Below, one piece after another: positions 9,235 to 18,397 of a stretch of 64,000 nucleotides of DNA. Location: positions 1,508 through 65,507 of the forward strand of contig JAXLYP010000017.1 of the NCBI GenBank assembly GCA_046351395.1, given 5' to 3'. The notes below the pieces were generated by a model, which saw nothing but the letters and a program-made list of their open reading frames with translations, ran no database searches and was not told the origin of the DNA. The stretch's first letter is position 1. Every line of letters starts with the position of its first letter. This DNA is from Polyangiaceae bacterium. Lineage in GTDB: Bacteria > Myxococcota_A > Polyangia > Polyangiales > Polyangiaceae. Both the position numbers and the translations under genes were made by a program.

Positions 9235-10218
9235 TCAGCGGGCGGCGAGCGAATAATAGTAGATGACCGCCGGATCCCGGTCGTCGCGGTACGCGCCATG
9301 GCCCTCGGGATCCATCAGCGCCGCGGCCGAGAGCGCGATTCGATGAGCGAGCGAGGCGCGGCAACCGACTGTCGGTCGCGCGAGCAGCATTGGGCGCGTG
9401 GCGCTCCAACCCTCGAGCGCGCGGAGCGCTGCGGGCGCGAGGCCCTCGATCACGTGGCCCCACACGAGCCTTCGGTTCGCGGCGTCGTACGCGCAGACAA
9501 TGTCGGCCGGCACGCGGCGACGCTCGGCCCCCGAGACATCGAAGAAGACCAATGACCGCTCCTCGGGGTCGTAGTTGAAGCCGCCTCCGTCCTCGTAGCC
9601 GACGTACGCGTCGACCTCCCGCTGTCGGCGCTCGACCTCGGGCTCCGCGTCGCGCAGCATCGCGATGAACGGCTCGGTGAGCAAGCAGTGACGCGCGACG
9701 TCGGGGGCGACCCGTTCGACGTGGAGGGGCGAGGCACTCGGGGCTGCACCGTGCACCTCCAGGACCAGCCCGTCGCCGTCTCGGCGGAGAGTGAGCGCGC
9801 GGCTCGTCCACGGCGTGCCGGCGGCGCTGGTCAACGCCGCGATCTCGTCCGCGATCTCGGCGGCGTCGACCGCGGCGCCCGTTGGGTCGCCGAGGTTGGG
9901 CTTCGGCAGCGCTGGGCGGTGCGCGACGGCGCCGACGCGTTGGAGCGCGTGGTGACCGTCGGCGGCGCGATCGAAGACGACGTCGAGCATGTCCCAAGGG
10001 TGTGGCGCGAGGACCGCCAGAGCGTCGTGGAGCGCGAGCGCGAGCGCCGAGAATCCCATGTCGACGCCGAGCGTACGCGGGCGTCGTCGGCGTGTCGCGG
10101 CCGAGCTCGGTTCGTCGGCGACGAGCCCGGTCGATACGCTACCTTCCGCGACGATCGCGCGCTTTGCCCCGTGCTCTTCGGGGGTCGGACGATCGGTCAA
10201 AGGCGGAGGAACGAACAC
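9235..10218 (-). CDS. Hypothetical protein
   Basis: 327-aa ORF with balanced, non-Arg-biased composition (e.g. YVGYEDGGGFNYDPEERSLVFFDV, IYYYSLAAR). No recognisable motif. It lies in the right position between neighbouring genes. Confidence 0.45.
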   Translation of the reverse strand: MFVPPPLTDRPTPEEHGAKRAIVAEGSVSTGLVADEPSSAATRRRRPRTLGVDMGFSALALALHDALAVLAPHPWDMLDVVFDRAADGHHALQRVGAVAHRPALPKPNLGDPTGAAVDAAEIADEIAALTSAAGTPWTSRALTLRRDGDGLVLEVHGAAPSASPLHVERVAPDVARHCLLTEPFIAMLRDAEPEVERRQREVDAYVGYEDGGGFNYDPEERSLVFFDVSGAERRRVPADIVCAYDAANRRLVWGHVIEGLAPAALRALEGWSATRPMLLARPTVGCRASLAHRIALSAAALMDPEGHGAYRDDRDPAVIYYYSLAAR

Positions 10219-10244
10219 CGTATCCTTCGCGAACCATCGAATTC

Positions 10245-12605
10245 ATGGCCCACCCGCCCGACGCTCCGACCCCGCCCGAGCCACCTCATCCGTGGATCGG
10301 TCGAACCCTCCGCGACAAGTGGCGGATCGATGGCTTGCTCGGCAAAGGTGGAATGGCGACCGTCTTCTCCGCCACCCATCGGAACGGGATGCGCGGCGCC
10401 ATCAAGGTGCTCAACGCTTCGACCGGCGAGTCCGCGGACGCGCGCGCGCGCTTCATCCGCGAGGGGCGCGCGGCGAATCGGATCGATCACCCGGGTGTGG
10501 TGAAGATCCTCGACGACGACGTGACGGAGGACGGGCTCACCTTCCTCGTGCTCGAGATGCTCGAGGGCGAGACCTGGAAGGATCGCTGGCGCGCCCATGA
10601 TAGGCGCCTGCCCGTGCGCGAGACGATCGAGATCGCGACCGAGGTGCTCGACGTCCTCGCGGCGGCGCACCGCGCGGGGGTCATCCATCGCGACGTGAAG
10701 CCGGACAACGTGTTCCTGTGCAAGGGGACCGGCGACCTCCGCGGACCGGTGAAGCTCCTCGACTTCGGGATCGCGCGCCTGCGCGAGGTCGCGGGGGAGG
10801 CGACGGCGGACGGCGCGACGCTCGGCACGCCCGCGTTCATGTCGCCGGAGCAGGCGCTCGCGCACACGGAGCAGATCGATCACCGCAGCGACCTCTACGC
10901 CGTCGGCGCGACGCTCTGGACGCTCCTCAGCGGGCGTCTGGTGCACCCCGCGGCGACGGCGCCCGCGCTGCTCATCGCAGCAGCGACGACGCCCGCGGCA
11001 CCGTTCTCGAGCGTGATGCCGGACGCCCCAGCCGACCTCGCGGGCGTGATCGACCGCGCGCTCGCGTTCGACAAGGAGGCGCGGTGGGCGGACGCGGACG
11101 CGATGCGGGAGGCGCTGCGGCGCACGCTCGACGCGCCGGCGGTCGCGACCCTCCGCGCGGGCGTCGCGAGGTTCGAGGATCTGTCCGCGCCGACGGAGCG
11201 GTCGGGGGCCGCCGTCGCGAAGACGATCAAGCTCGACGCCTCACCCCTTCAGGCGACCGACTTCGGCGCCCAAAAGACGCTCGCGCAAGCGACGGCCGCT
11301 GCGCCCACGCCGAGGCGGTCGTCGGCGCGCGCCCTGATCGGCGCTGGCGCGGTGATCGCGGTCGGCGCGGGGGTCGCGGTGCTCGTCTCGACGATCGGGG
11401 GCGCCTCGACGTCGACCGCGCGGCCGAGCGCCTCGAGCGCGCCCACCCCGTCGAGCGCCCCTCCTCCTTCCACGCCCGAGCCGGTCGCCTCTGCGGCGCC
11501 GCCGGGCGCACACCAGGCGAAGAACCTCTTCGCGGGGCTCTACAGCACGTGCGCGGTTCGCAAGGACGGGCGTGTCGTCTGTTGGGGCAACGATCCCAAG
11601 GTCGGTGTGACCAAGTCCGCGCCGGGGCCCGCGCTCGTGAAGCGCCTCGAGGATCCGCGCTCCCTCGCGATCGGGGAGGCGGTGGACCTCGCGATCGTGC
11701 CCGCGGGCGCCGCCGGCCCGCGGCTGATCGGTTGGGGAAAGAACGTGAGCGAACTGCTCGGGACCAGCGTCCCGGACGGCGCCGTCGTCGACGTCGAGCA
11801 CGCGGTCGACCTCGAGATCCCGGGGGCGACGGACGTCGCCGTCGGCATGGTCTACGACGAGACGAGCGCGTGCGCCGTCGTCGACGGCAAGATCGAGTGT
11901 TGGGGGCGCGCCGGGCTCGCCCGGAAGGGGGCGATGAGCGAAGATCGAGCACCCCTCGCGATCCGCCTCGTCGCGGGCCCGTTCGAGCTGCCTGCGCGCC
12001 ACGTCGGCCTCGGCGCGAGCGACTTCGCGTGCGCGCTCGGCCAGAACGACGACTTCGTGTCCTTCGGGTGTTGGGGGACGGACCACCCGGAGCTCACACG
12101 TCAACGGGATCCGAAGTCGCGCTCCACCGATCAGTTCTGGGGCGCGTCGCCCTTGGACGCCTGGGCGGTGGGGCCGAGCGGCGCGTGCTTCACGAGCGGG
12201 CGATCCGTGACCTGTTGGGGAGGTGTCGCGCGGTGCGACGAGTCCGCCGAAGCGCCGCCCATGTTCGTCGAGGAACCGTCGAGTTCCATCGCCGTCGCGG
12301 GAGACCACCAATGCCTCGTCAGCGCGTCCGGGAAGCTCGCGTGCTGGGGGCGGGCGAGCTCCGCGACCGGCGATCCCAAGGAGAAGCGAGGGACCCTCGA
12401 GTGCAGCCCCGTCCCCGTGCCGCTCCCGGACAAGGCCACGAAGGTCGTCGTTGGAGGGGCCCACACCTGCGCGCTCACCGCCTCCGGAGACGTTTATTGT
12501 TTCGGTCGCAACGACGCAGGACAGCGCGGCTGCGGCGACGAGATCGAGACCCCCGTGCCGTGCCGTGTATCCCTGGACGTCCACTCGAGCGCATCGAGGC
12601 CCTGA
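10245..12605 (+). CDS. Ser/Thr protein kinase with TM segment and C-terminal RCC1-like repeat domain
   Basis: ORF 9882..12605 trimmed to ATG 10245 (MAHPPDAPT...). Kinase motifs GKGGMATVF, AIKVL, HRDVKPDNV, DFG and SPEQ. TM helix ALIGAGAVIAVGAGVAVLV. C-terminal repeats of the form xCAVxxDGxVxCWG (CAVRKDGRVVCWG, ACAVVDGKIECWG, ACFTSGRSVTCWG, CLVSASGKLACWG, TCALTASGDVYCFGRNDAGQRG), typical of RCC1/beta-propeller repeats. Confidence 0.85.
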   Translation: MAHPPDAPTPPEPPHPWIGRTLRDKWRIDGLLGKGGMATVFSATHRNGMRGAIKVLNASTGESADARARFIREGRAANRIDHPGVVKILDDDVTEDGLTFLVLEMLEGETWKDRWRAHDRRLPVRETIEIATEVLDVLAAAHRAGVIHRDVKPDNVFLCKGTGDLRGPVKLLDFGIARLREVAGEATADGATLGTPAFMSPEQALAHTEQIDHRSDLYAVGATLWTLLSGRLVHPAATAPALLIAAATTPAAPFSSVMPDAPADLAGVIDRALAFDKEARWADADAMREALRRTLDAPAVATLRAGVARFEDLSAPTERSGAAVAKTIKLDASPLQATDFGAQKTLAQATAAAPTPRRSSARALIGAGAVIAVGAGVAVLVSTIGGASTSTARPSASSAPTPSSAPPPSTPEPVASAAPPGAHQAKNLFAGLYSTCAVRKDGRVVCWGNDPKVGVTKSAPGPALVKRLEDPRSLAIGEAVDLAIVPAGAAGPRLIGWGKNVSELLGTSVPDGAVVDVEHAVDLEIPGATDVAVGMVYDETSACAVVDGKIECWGRAGLARKGAMSEDRAPLAIRLVAGPFELPARHVGLGASDFACALGQNDDFVSFGCWGTDHPELTRQRDPKSRSTDQFWGASPLDAWAVGPSGACFTSGRSVTCWGGVARCDESAEAPPMFVEEPSSSIAVAGDHQCLVSASGKLACWGRASSATGDPKEKRGTLECSPVPVPLPDKATKVVVGGAHTCALTASGDVYCFGRNDAGQRGCGDEIETPVPCRVSLDVHSSASRP

Positions 12606-12808
12606 GCGCCGCACGCCGCGGAGGCTCGACTCGGGGTACACGGGGCGCGCACTCGGTGCTCAACCTCCCCGGCGCACCGTGACACAATCCGGAAGCGCGT
12701 GTCCTGGAGGCGGGGCTCGGGGCGATGCTCCGCAGCAGGAGGCGCGCCGTCGTCAGCGCGAACGAGTCGATCGCGCGGTCAGGTATGACGGTTGCTCTCG
12801 GGGGCTTT

Positions 12809-13351
12809 ATGAGAAGCTCGCTTGGGTCGTCGATTTGTACGCTCGTGATCGCTCTGTCCGCCAACGCTTGTGGTTCGACCGTCAGCCTGGAGAGCAAAGA
12901 CGGGAAGGAGCAAAGCGAAGGCTCCACCTCGACGTCGAGCGGAGCGCCCGCAGCGTGCGCGGAGTTCGGGGATTGTCCGAGCGACGTCTCCAATGACCCC
13001 GAAGTGCCGCAGGCGGAGGCGCAGAATGAGCTCGTCGGCGAGTGGGTCGTCTGCGACAGTTCCAGCAGCCTCATTGGCGAGTTCGGGGGGAGCGGGATCT
13101 CCTTCTCCGCCGACGGATCATTCCGCCTGCTCGCCCCGACGGACAACGGCTGTGTGAGCGGGTTCTCCGACCCGGGGACGTGGAGCCTCGAGGATCACTC
13201 GGGCATTGGACTTCCCGACGAGTACCAGCTGAGCCTCTTCTGGGCCGACGACAGCGTGTCCCCGGTCTTCATCGTGTTCGCGAACGGCCGGAGCTTCATC
13301 CGCCTCGAAAACGGTGGCGGTGGGTGGGACGACCTGGTGCGAATCGATTGA
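12809..13351 (+). CDS. Lipoprotein (hypothetical)
   Basis: ATG 12809 gives MRSSLGSSICTLVIALSANACGS (signal peptide + lipobox). Acidic, Ser/Gly-rich mature part. Confidence 0.55.
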   Translation: MRSSLGSSICTLVIALSANACGSTVSLESKDGKEQSEGSTSTSSGAPAACAEFGDCPSDVSNDPEVPQAEAQNELVGEWVVCDSSSSLIGEFGGSGISFSADGSFRLLAPTDNGCVSGFSDPGTWSLEDHSGIGLPDEYQLSLFWADDSVSPVFIVFANGRSFIRLENGGGGWDDLVRID

Positions 13352-13369
13352 AGGCGGGGCTTGGGTTGC

Positions 13370-13909
13370 TCAGCGCACGACGCATCGCCTCGAGGCGTCG
13401 CACGTGGCGCCTGCGTTCTTGCATGGATTGACGGCGCACTCCTGGCTCGCGAGCTCACGGGTGATGGGCGTACCGCTCACGCACGGACCGCAAGGCAGCG
13501 TTGGACAGTCCGCGTCCGACTTGCAGGCGATCGCGCCCGGCGCGGGGGCGGCGGGGCGAGCGACGCACGTCCCGGCCTCGCACGCGGCGACCACCCGATC
13601 GCATGGGGATCGCTCACAGACAGTGGGGCAGGGGTCGACGTGCATCGCGATGGACGCGACGCACCGCTGACAGTCGCACGAGCTCACCACCTGACAGTCG
13701 GCGTCGACCTTGCACGAACCCTCACGACCCTGGGAGGATTGGACGCTGGTCGGGATGGAAGACGTCGAGGGCGTGGTCTCCGGCCGCTTTGGCGTCGCCG
13801 ACGAACCCTGCGGCGCGTCCGTCGTCCCCGAACCGCGCGGCTCGGGGGGCGGAGAGCACGCCGCGAGGGAGACGGCGACCAGACCGACGAGCGCTGAGCG
13901 GTGAGCCAT
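13370..13909 (-). CDS. Cys-rich secreted lipoprotein (hypothetical)
   Basis: ATG 13909 gives MAHRSALVGLVAVSLAACSPP (lipobox). About 20 Cys in 180 aa (CKVDADCQVVSSCDCQRC..., CPTLPCGPC). Confidence 0.55.
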   Translation of the reverse strand: MAHRSALVGLVAVSLAACSPPPEPRGSGTTDAPQGSSATPKRPETTPSTSSIPTSVQSSQGREGSCKVDADCQVVSSCDCQRCVASIAMHVDPCPTVCERSPCDRVVAACEAGTCVARPAAPAPGAIACKSDADCPTLPCGPCVSGTPITRELASQECAVNPCKNAGATCDASRRCVVR

Positions 13910-13948
13910 GCGAAGCTCGTATCGCCTTTCGGCCCTCGCTCCAAGCGC

Positions 13949-14003
13949 ATGGATCTCTCCGAAAGAGGGGATGAGCACCGCGTTTCAACGGGATGGGGCG
14001 CTA
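13949..14003. repeat. Truncated third copy of the TIR-bounded intergenic element (right-terminal ~55 nt only)
   Basis: ggatctctccgaaa...gcaccgcgtttcaacgggatggggcgctac aligns with the last ~55 nt of the copy at 22349-22529 (ggatctctccgaaatcggctgcatacctcggcgtttcatgatggtcggtgtctac). As in that copy, the terminal cta overlaps the TAG stop of the adjacent minus-strand gene (14001). Confidence 0.5.
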
Positions 14004-15086
14004 CAACGGCGGTTGGGGCGAGCGGGCCCGCAGCGTGAACCAATGCTCTTCTGCCGCGTAGGTAGGCCCGTCATACGAGCCGCGCACGCTCCGCGAAAGG
14101 ACGAGCGCGTCCCCCGTGGTCGCGAACGCGAGGGCCGTGTCGTTCGTCGTGCGGTCATACCCCTTGTACGGGGGCCGCAGATACCGCGCGATCATCACGT
14201 CGTCCGATGCGCGGTAGACCGCGAGCTCGCGCGCCGTGGAGATGGCGTAGCGCGCGCTGTCTTCCGAGATCGCGACGGAGGGACGGTCGCTCGGCGGCGT
14301 CGCGGACGCCTTGGGCTCGTCCGCCTCGTTGCAGGTCCACGCGGCGGGGACGGGGGGCGTCGCGAGCGCGTACGGGCGCGACGAACCGTCCGTGGGGATG
14401 CGGAACGTGCGGGACCACGAATAGCAGTCGCCTCCAAACCAGAACGCGGGGGGCGCGAGCGCGTACGACAGATCGGGCGCGTATGCTGCGACGCCCCCCG
14501 GGCCGAGCTTCTTGCCCGAGAACAGATCGAAGACGTCCTCCCCGTGTCTGTAGTGGCCCGCGATGACGACGCCCCAGCCATTGCTCGAGCACGCCGTGGA
14601 GGCCATCGCCCCACCCGCGGAGCCCACGTGCCTCCTCCAGAGGAGTCGGGATCCTTCGCGCACCGCCAGGTTGCCGACGCCGTCGAGCGCGAGGTCGAGC
14701 GTTCGACCGCGCGACTCGATGGTCATCGACGCGTGCGCGCTCTCCTCCTCGCCGATACAGGTCGGTCCCGCCGCGCGCTTCGCGCGTCGCGCGTCGCGCG
14801 GCCGTCGCGGCTCGGCGACGAGCCGGAGGGGCAGGGTCTCGTCCGTCTCTCCGGCGCGCAACGCGGGGACCTCGGGTTCAGGTGGAGTCGCAGGCTCGGA
14901 CGACTCCGCACCGCTCGGCTGCGGAGCCCGCCTCTGTTCGAGAGCGCCGCTCGACGTGGGCGCCGCCGGCCCCTCGATGGTCGCCGCTGCCGAGGGCGGC
15001 GAAGAGATCGTCCGGCGATCATCGCGGTCCCCGCACGACGACAGACAGACAGTCAACACCAGGACCGGGCCCTCGGTCACCCTCAC
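14001..15086 (-). CDS. Putative lipoprotein (hypothetical)
   Basis: ORF 14001..15290(-). The C-terminal 300 aa are protein-like (aromatic-rich: GWGVVIAGHYRHGEDVFDLFSG, AFWFGGDCYSWSRTF...). LVLTVCLSSCGD is lipobox-like. The start is tentatively GTG 15086; the opposite-strand ORF is Arg-rich junk. Confidence 0.45.
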   Translation of the reverse strand: MRVTEGPVLVLTVCLSSCGDRDDRRTISSPPSAAATIEGPAAPTSSGALEQRRAPQPSGAESSEPATPPEPEVPALRAGETDETLPLRLVAEPRRPRDARRAKRAAGPTCIGEEESAHASMTIESRGRTLDLALDGVGNLAVREGSRLLWRRHVGSAGGAMASTACSSNGWGVVIAGHYRHGEDVFDLFSGKKLGPGGVAAYAPDLSYALAPPAFWFGGDCYSWSRTFRIPTDGSSRPYALATPPVPAAWTCNEADEPKASATPPSDRPSVAISEDSARYAISTARELAVYRASDDVMIARYLRPPYKGYDRTTNDTALAFATTGDALVLSRSVRGSYDGPTYAAEEHWFTLRARSPQPPL

Positions 15087-15157
15087 GCGGCCCGTACGCC
15101 CCGCGCTCCTCGCCGATTCCCGCGAGTCGCCCCCCTCGAGGGCGATGCGGGACGGGC

Positions 15158-16117
15158 TCACCACTCCCAATTCGTGCGCAGGTGCTCGTCCAGCTCTTCC
15201 CAAAACAGGGCGCGACACGGGACAGGCGACCGCGAGCTCGCCACGGAGCGCCCTGTCGGCTCGAGCGTCTGTGCGAGGCGTGCCTTCCATGCCTCCGCGG
15301 ATTCACCGGCTTCGACCGGCGGGAGGGACACATTGAACTTCCAAAGGTCGCGCGCGGGCTTCGGTTGCACGGTGTCGAGCTCCGCCGGCAGTTCGTCGCC
15401 ACAGTCGAGGACGAGGAACGTGGGCGCCTCGCGGCTCCCCGCGAAGAAGTGGAGGTAGATGCTGCGACCCTCCAGACTCCTGCGAAAGATGCTCCCGACG
15501 TCCCATGGGAACGGCGCGCGCTTCGTCCTCTTCCGGGAGCGGGGCGCTGTGCGCGGGGCGCTCTCGGGCGCTGCGGCGAAGAGACGCGCGACCTCGGCCA
15601 GGGCCCTGCGACGAACGTCCTGGGCGGACCGGTCGGGGTAGAGTCGTTCGAGCACGAGCGGCTGTGACTGTCGGGCGACGGCGCGCCCGAGCATCTCGCG
15701 CGCTGGGCCGTCCACCCGGCCGTCCATGAGCAGTCGCGCGAGCCCCGTCGCGATCACGGTCTCGTCGAGGACGTACACGTCCTGGTAGAAGTCCTCGATC
15801 TCGGCGAGCGCGCGCCGCACCGCCGGCTCGCTCGCGATGTCGGCTGGGTAGCCCGCGGACTCGAAGTCGGAGACGATCTTCGCGAGGATTGTGGCGAGCC
15901 CCGTTCGGGGGCTCGCGTCCCGAAAGTCTGCGAACTCCGAGACCGCGTCGCGCCCGGCGTCCGACCCCATCGGCCCGCTATCGACCGCCCAGAGAAGCTC
16001 CGTGTCCTCGCCGAGGATGGCCGCGGCGCTGGGGTGGAGCTCGGCCCCGTCCGGGAGGAGGTGGGTGAGGTCGACCGCCATCCCACGCGCATACCACCCA
16101 TCGACTGGCGCGCGCAC
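15158..16117 (-). CDS. Hypothetical protein
   Basis: 319-aa ORF with balanced composition (ELHPSAAAILGEDTELLWAVDSGPMG..., IYLHFFAGSREAPTFLVLDCGDELP...). No known motif recognised. Confidence 0.5.
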   Translation of the reverse strand: MRAPVDGWYARGMAVDLTHLLPDGAELHPSAAAILGEDTELLWAVDSGPMGSDAGRDAVSEFADFRDASPRTGLATILAKIVSDFESAGYPADIASEPAVRRALAEIEDFYQDVYVLDETVIATGLARLLMDGRVDGPAREMLGRAVARQSQPLVLERLYPDRSAQDVRRRALAEVARLFAAAPESAPRTAPRSRKRTKRAPFPWDVGSIFRRSLEGRSIYLHFFAGSREAPTFLVLDCGDELPAELDTVQPKPARDLWKFNVSLPPVEAGESAEAWKARLAQTLEPTGRSVASSRSPVPCRALFWEELDEHLRTNWEW

Positions 16118-16141
16118 GCCCTCGGAGCGACGTCGTTCAAG

Positions 16142-16780
16142 CTAGGGCAAACCCCCAATGCGCTCGAACGTCACGAAGTTGTAGTCGGCGCTCCCGGACG
16201 TGTTCCAGGTGGGCGGCGCGTCGTGGTGGAAGTTCAGGGACAGCTTCTGGCCCTTCGTGCAGCGCGTCGTCACCGTCCCCATGATCCGCGCATAAGTCTC
16301 GGTCGTCGAGAGATCGTGGATCACCGTCGCCGTTCCGCCCTCGACGGTCAGGTTCAGGCTCATGTTGGCGCCCCCGACTGGCAGCGTCCCCGCAGGGAAC
16401 TCGAGCGCCGCCGTCACGCGGTAGAGACCGGCGACGGGGCAGGCGTAGTCCCCCGTGTTGGGGTTCATCGCGTCGTCCGTGTCGTAGTCCTTGGTGTAGC
16501 CCACGACTTTCACGCCCGGTCCGGCCGCGAGCATCTGGCTCGCGTTCTGTGTGTAGCGCGCGGCCACGGTTCGCTCAAGCGCCACGAGGCGATCGTCCGC
16601 CTCCTTGAACAGCTTAAGGAGGCTCGAGGCCGAGACCGGCTTGCCGGTGTCGATCCATTGGGTGTCTGCCATCCAGGTCGCGTGTGCGCTCGTGACGAGG
16701 CCGGCGGAGAGCGCGAGCGCGCAGGCGAACGCCGCGCGCTTCACGCGAGGAGATGCTTCGATTTCGATCCGGATTCGCAT
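16142..16780 (-). CDS. Secreted protein (hypothetical; possible C1q/TNF-like beta-sandwich C-terminal domain)
   Basis: ATG 16780 gives MRIRIEIEASPRVKRAAFACALALSAGLVTSAHA (signal peptide). The remainder of the long ORF 16142..18385 upstream is Arg-rich junk. Confidence 0.55.
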   Translation of the reverse strand: MRIRIEIEASPRVKRAAFACALALSAGLVTSAHATWMADTQWIDTGKPVSASSLLKLFKEADDRLVALERTVAARYTQNASQMLAAGPGVKVVGYTKDYDTDDAMNPNTGDYACPVAGLYRVTAALEFPAGTLPVGGANMSLNLTVEGGTATVIHDLSTTETYARIMGTVTTRCTKGQKLSLNFHHDAPPTWNTSGSADYNFVTFERIGGLP

Positions 16781-16803
16781 GCCCGAAAGGGTACACGATC
16801 GAG

Positions 16804-18255
16804 TCAGGCCGCCGCGGGCGCCGGCGCGGGCTCCGGTGGGGAGGGCGGAGCCGCCCAGCGGCCGCGCTGGAACAGGACCCCGGCGAGCACGGCTTGAGAC
16901 GAGTAGGCGATCGCGATCGCGATGAACACTCCGCGGGGGCCGAGCCCGACGACCTCGGACAAGAGATACGCGAGCGGGATCTTCACGCCCCAGAAGCAAA
17001 TGACGTTCACGACCATCGGGATGCTCGTCTTGCCCGCGCCATTGAACGCTTGGATCGCGACCATGCCGTACCCGAAGAACAGGAAGCCGAGCGCGACGAT
17101 CCGAAGACACTCGACGCCGTACGCCTCGATCACGGGGACGTCCGTGAAGAGGCGAATGAGGGGGTGCGCGAGCGCCACGAAGACGACGCTCACCACACCG
17201 AGGAACGCGACGTTGTACTTCGCGATCGTGTTCACCGCGCGCTTCGCGCGCTCCGGCTGCTTCGCTCCGAGGTTCTGTCCCACGAGCGTGGCCGCCGCGT
17301 TGCCGAGGCCCCAGCACGGGAGCAGCACGAAGATCGCGATCCGGATCGCGAACGTGTACCCCGCGAGCGCGTCGCTCCCGTGGAGCGAGAGGATGCGCAC
17401 GAGGCCGAGCCAGCTCGCCGTCTCGATCAGCGTTTGGAAGCTCGCGCCGACGGAGACCTTGAAGACCTCGCGGATCACGTCCAGCTGGACGCGCACGTGG
17501 CGCGCGAGGACCACGAGCCGGCGCTTGCCGCCGAGGAGCATGAACACCTGGAACGCGACGCCCACGCCGCGGCTCACGGTCGTCGCCACGGCGGCGCCCG
17601 TGACGCCCATCCGCGGGAACGGGCCCAACCCGAAGATGAGGCAGGGGCTCAACGCCATGTTGAGGAGGTTCGAGATCCAGAGCGTGCGCATCGAGATCGT
17701 CGCGTCGCCGGTGCCGCGGAACGCGGCGTTGATCACGAACAGCAAGAAGATCGTCACGCTCCCGCCGAGCATCACCGCCGTGTAGCTCGAGCCCGTCGCG
17801 ACGAGGCTCGGCTCCGCGCCCATCGCCGCGAGGAGGCGCGGCGCGAAGATGGCGCCCACCCCGCCCACGACCGCGGCGAGCAGGACGCTGAGGCCGATGA
17901 CCTGCACGGCGGCGTTGGACGCGCCCTCCGAGTCCTTCTCCCCCGTCTTTCGCGCGATGATCGCGGTCGCCGCGGCGGACATGCCCATCGCGAGGGCGTA
18001 GATGATCGACAGCATCGCCTCCGTGAGGCCGACCGTCGCGACCGCGTCCGCGCCGAGGCGCGACACGAACAACATGTCGACGACCGTCAGCAGGGACTCC
18101 ATCGACATCTCGAGGACCATCGGGACCGCGAGGAGGATCACGGCGCGCTCGAGCGGCACGCGCGTCATGTCGTCGTCCGTGCCGCGCACCGCGGCGCGGA
18201 GGGTCGCCCAGAGGGAAGGTCGTTCGGCCGTGGGTGTGGCGGGGTCGGCTGTCAT
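16804..18255 (-). CDS. MATE family efflux transporter
   Basis: ATG 18255 (MTADPATPTAERPSLWATLRAAV...). 483 aa with 12 predicted TM helices. Typical MATE N-terminus (RAVILLAVPMVLEMSMESLLTVVDMLFVSRLGADAVATVGL) and Q-rich loops. The upstream part of ORF 16804..19236 is junk. Confidence 0.85.
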   Translation of the reverse strand: MTADPATPTAERPSLWATLRAAVRGTDDDMTRVPLERAVILLAVPMVLEMSMESLLTVVDMLFVSRLGADAVATVGLTEAMLSIIYALAMGMSAAATAIIARKTGEKDSEGASNAAVQVIGLSVLLAAVVGGVGAIFAPRLLAAMGAEPSLVATGSSYTAVMLGGSVTIFLLFVINAAFRGTGDATISMRTLWISNLLNMALSPCLIFGLGPFPRMGVTGAAVATTVSRGVGVAFQVFMLLGGKRRLVVLARHVRVQLDVIREVFKVSVGASFQTLIETASWLGLVRILSLHGSDALAGYTFAIRIAIFVLLPCWGLGNAAATLVGQNLGAKQPERAKRAVNTIAKYNVAFLGVVSVVFVALAHPLIRLFTDVPVIEAYGVECLRIVALGFLFFGYGMVAIQAFNGAGKTSIPMVVNVICFWGVKIPLAYLLSEVVGLGPRGVFIAIAIAYSSQAVLAGVLFQRGRWAAPPSPPEPAPAPAAA

Positions 18256-18397
18256 GCGATGTCCAGTGTCCGTCCCGCCCCTTTTGCCGCGAGAACGCTC
18301 GCGTGGCCACCGAGACGTGCGACCCGCCAAGGACCTGACCCCGGAACCAAGAATCGCTCGACGGACGCGCTCTCCACCAACACACTGGAGCCGGTCG

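Noticed and set aside
13908-15458. 516-aa ORF (+)
   Set aside because: Arg-rich junk composition (RRRGRLGLVR...). It is antisense to a more protein-like minus-strand ORF. Its start region merely reflects the truncated repeat element.
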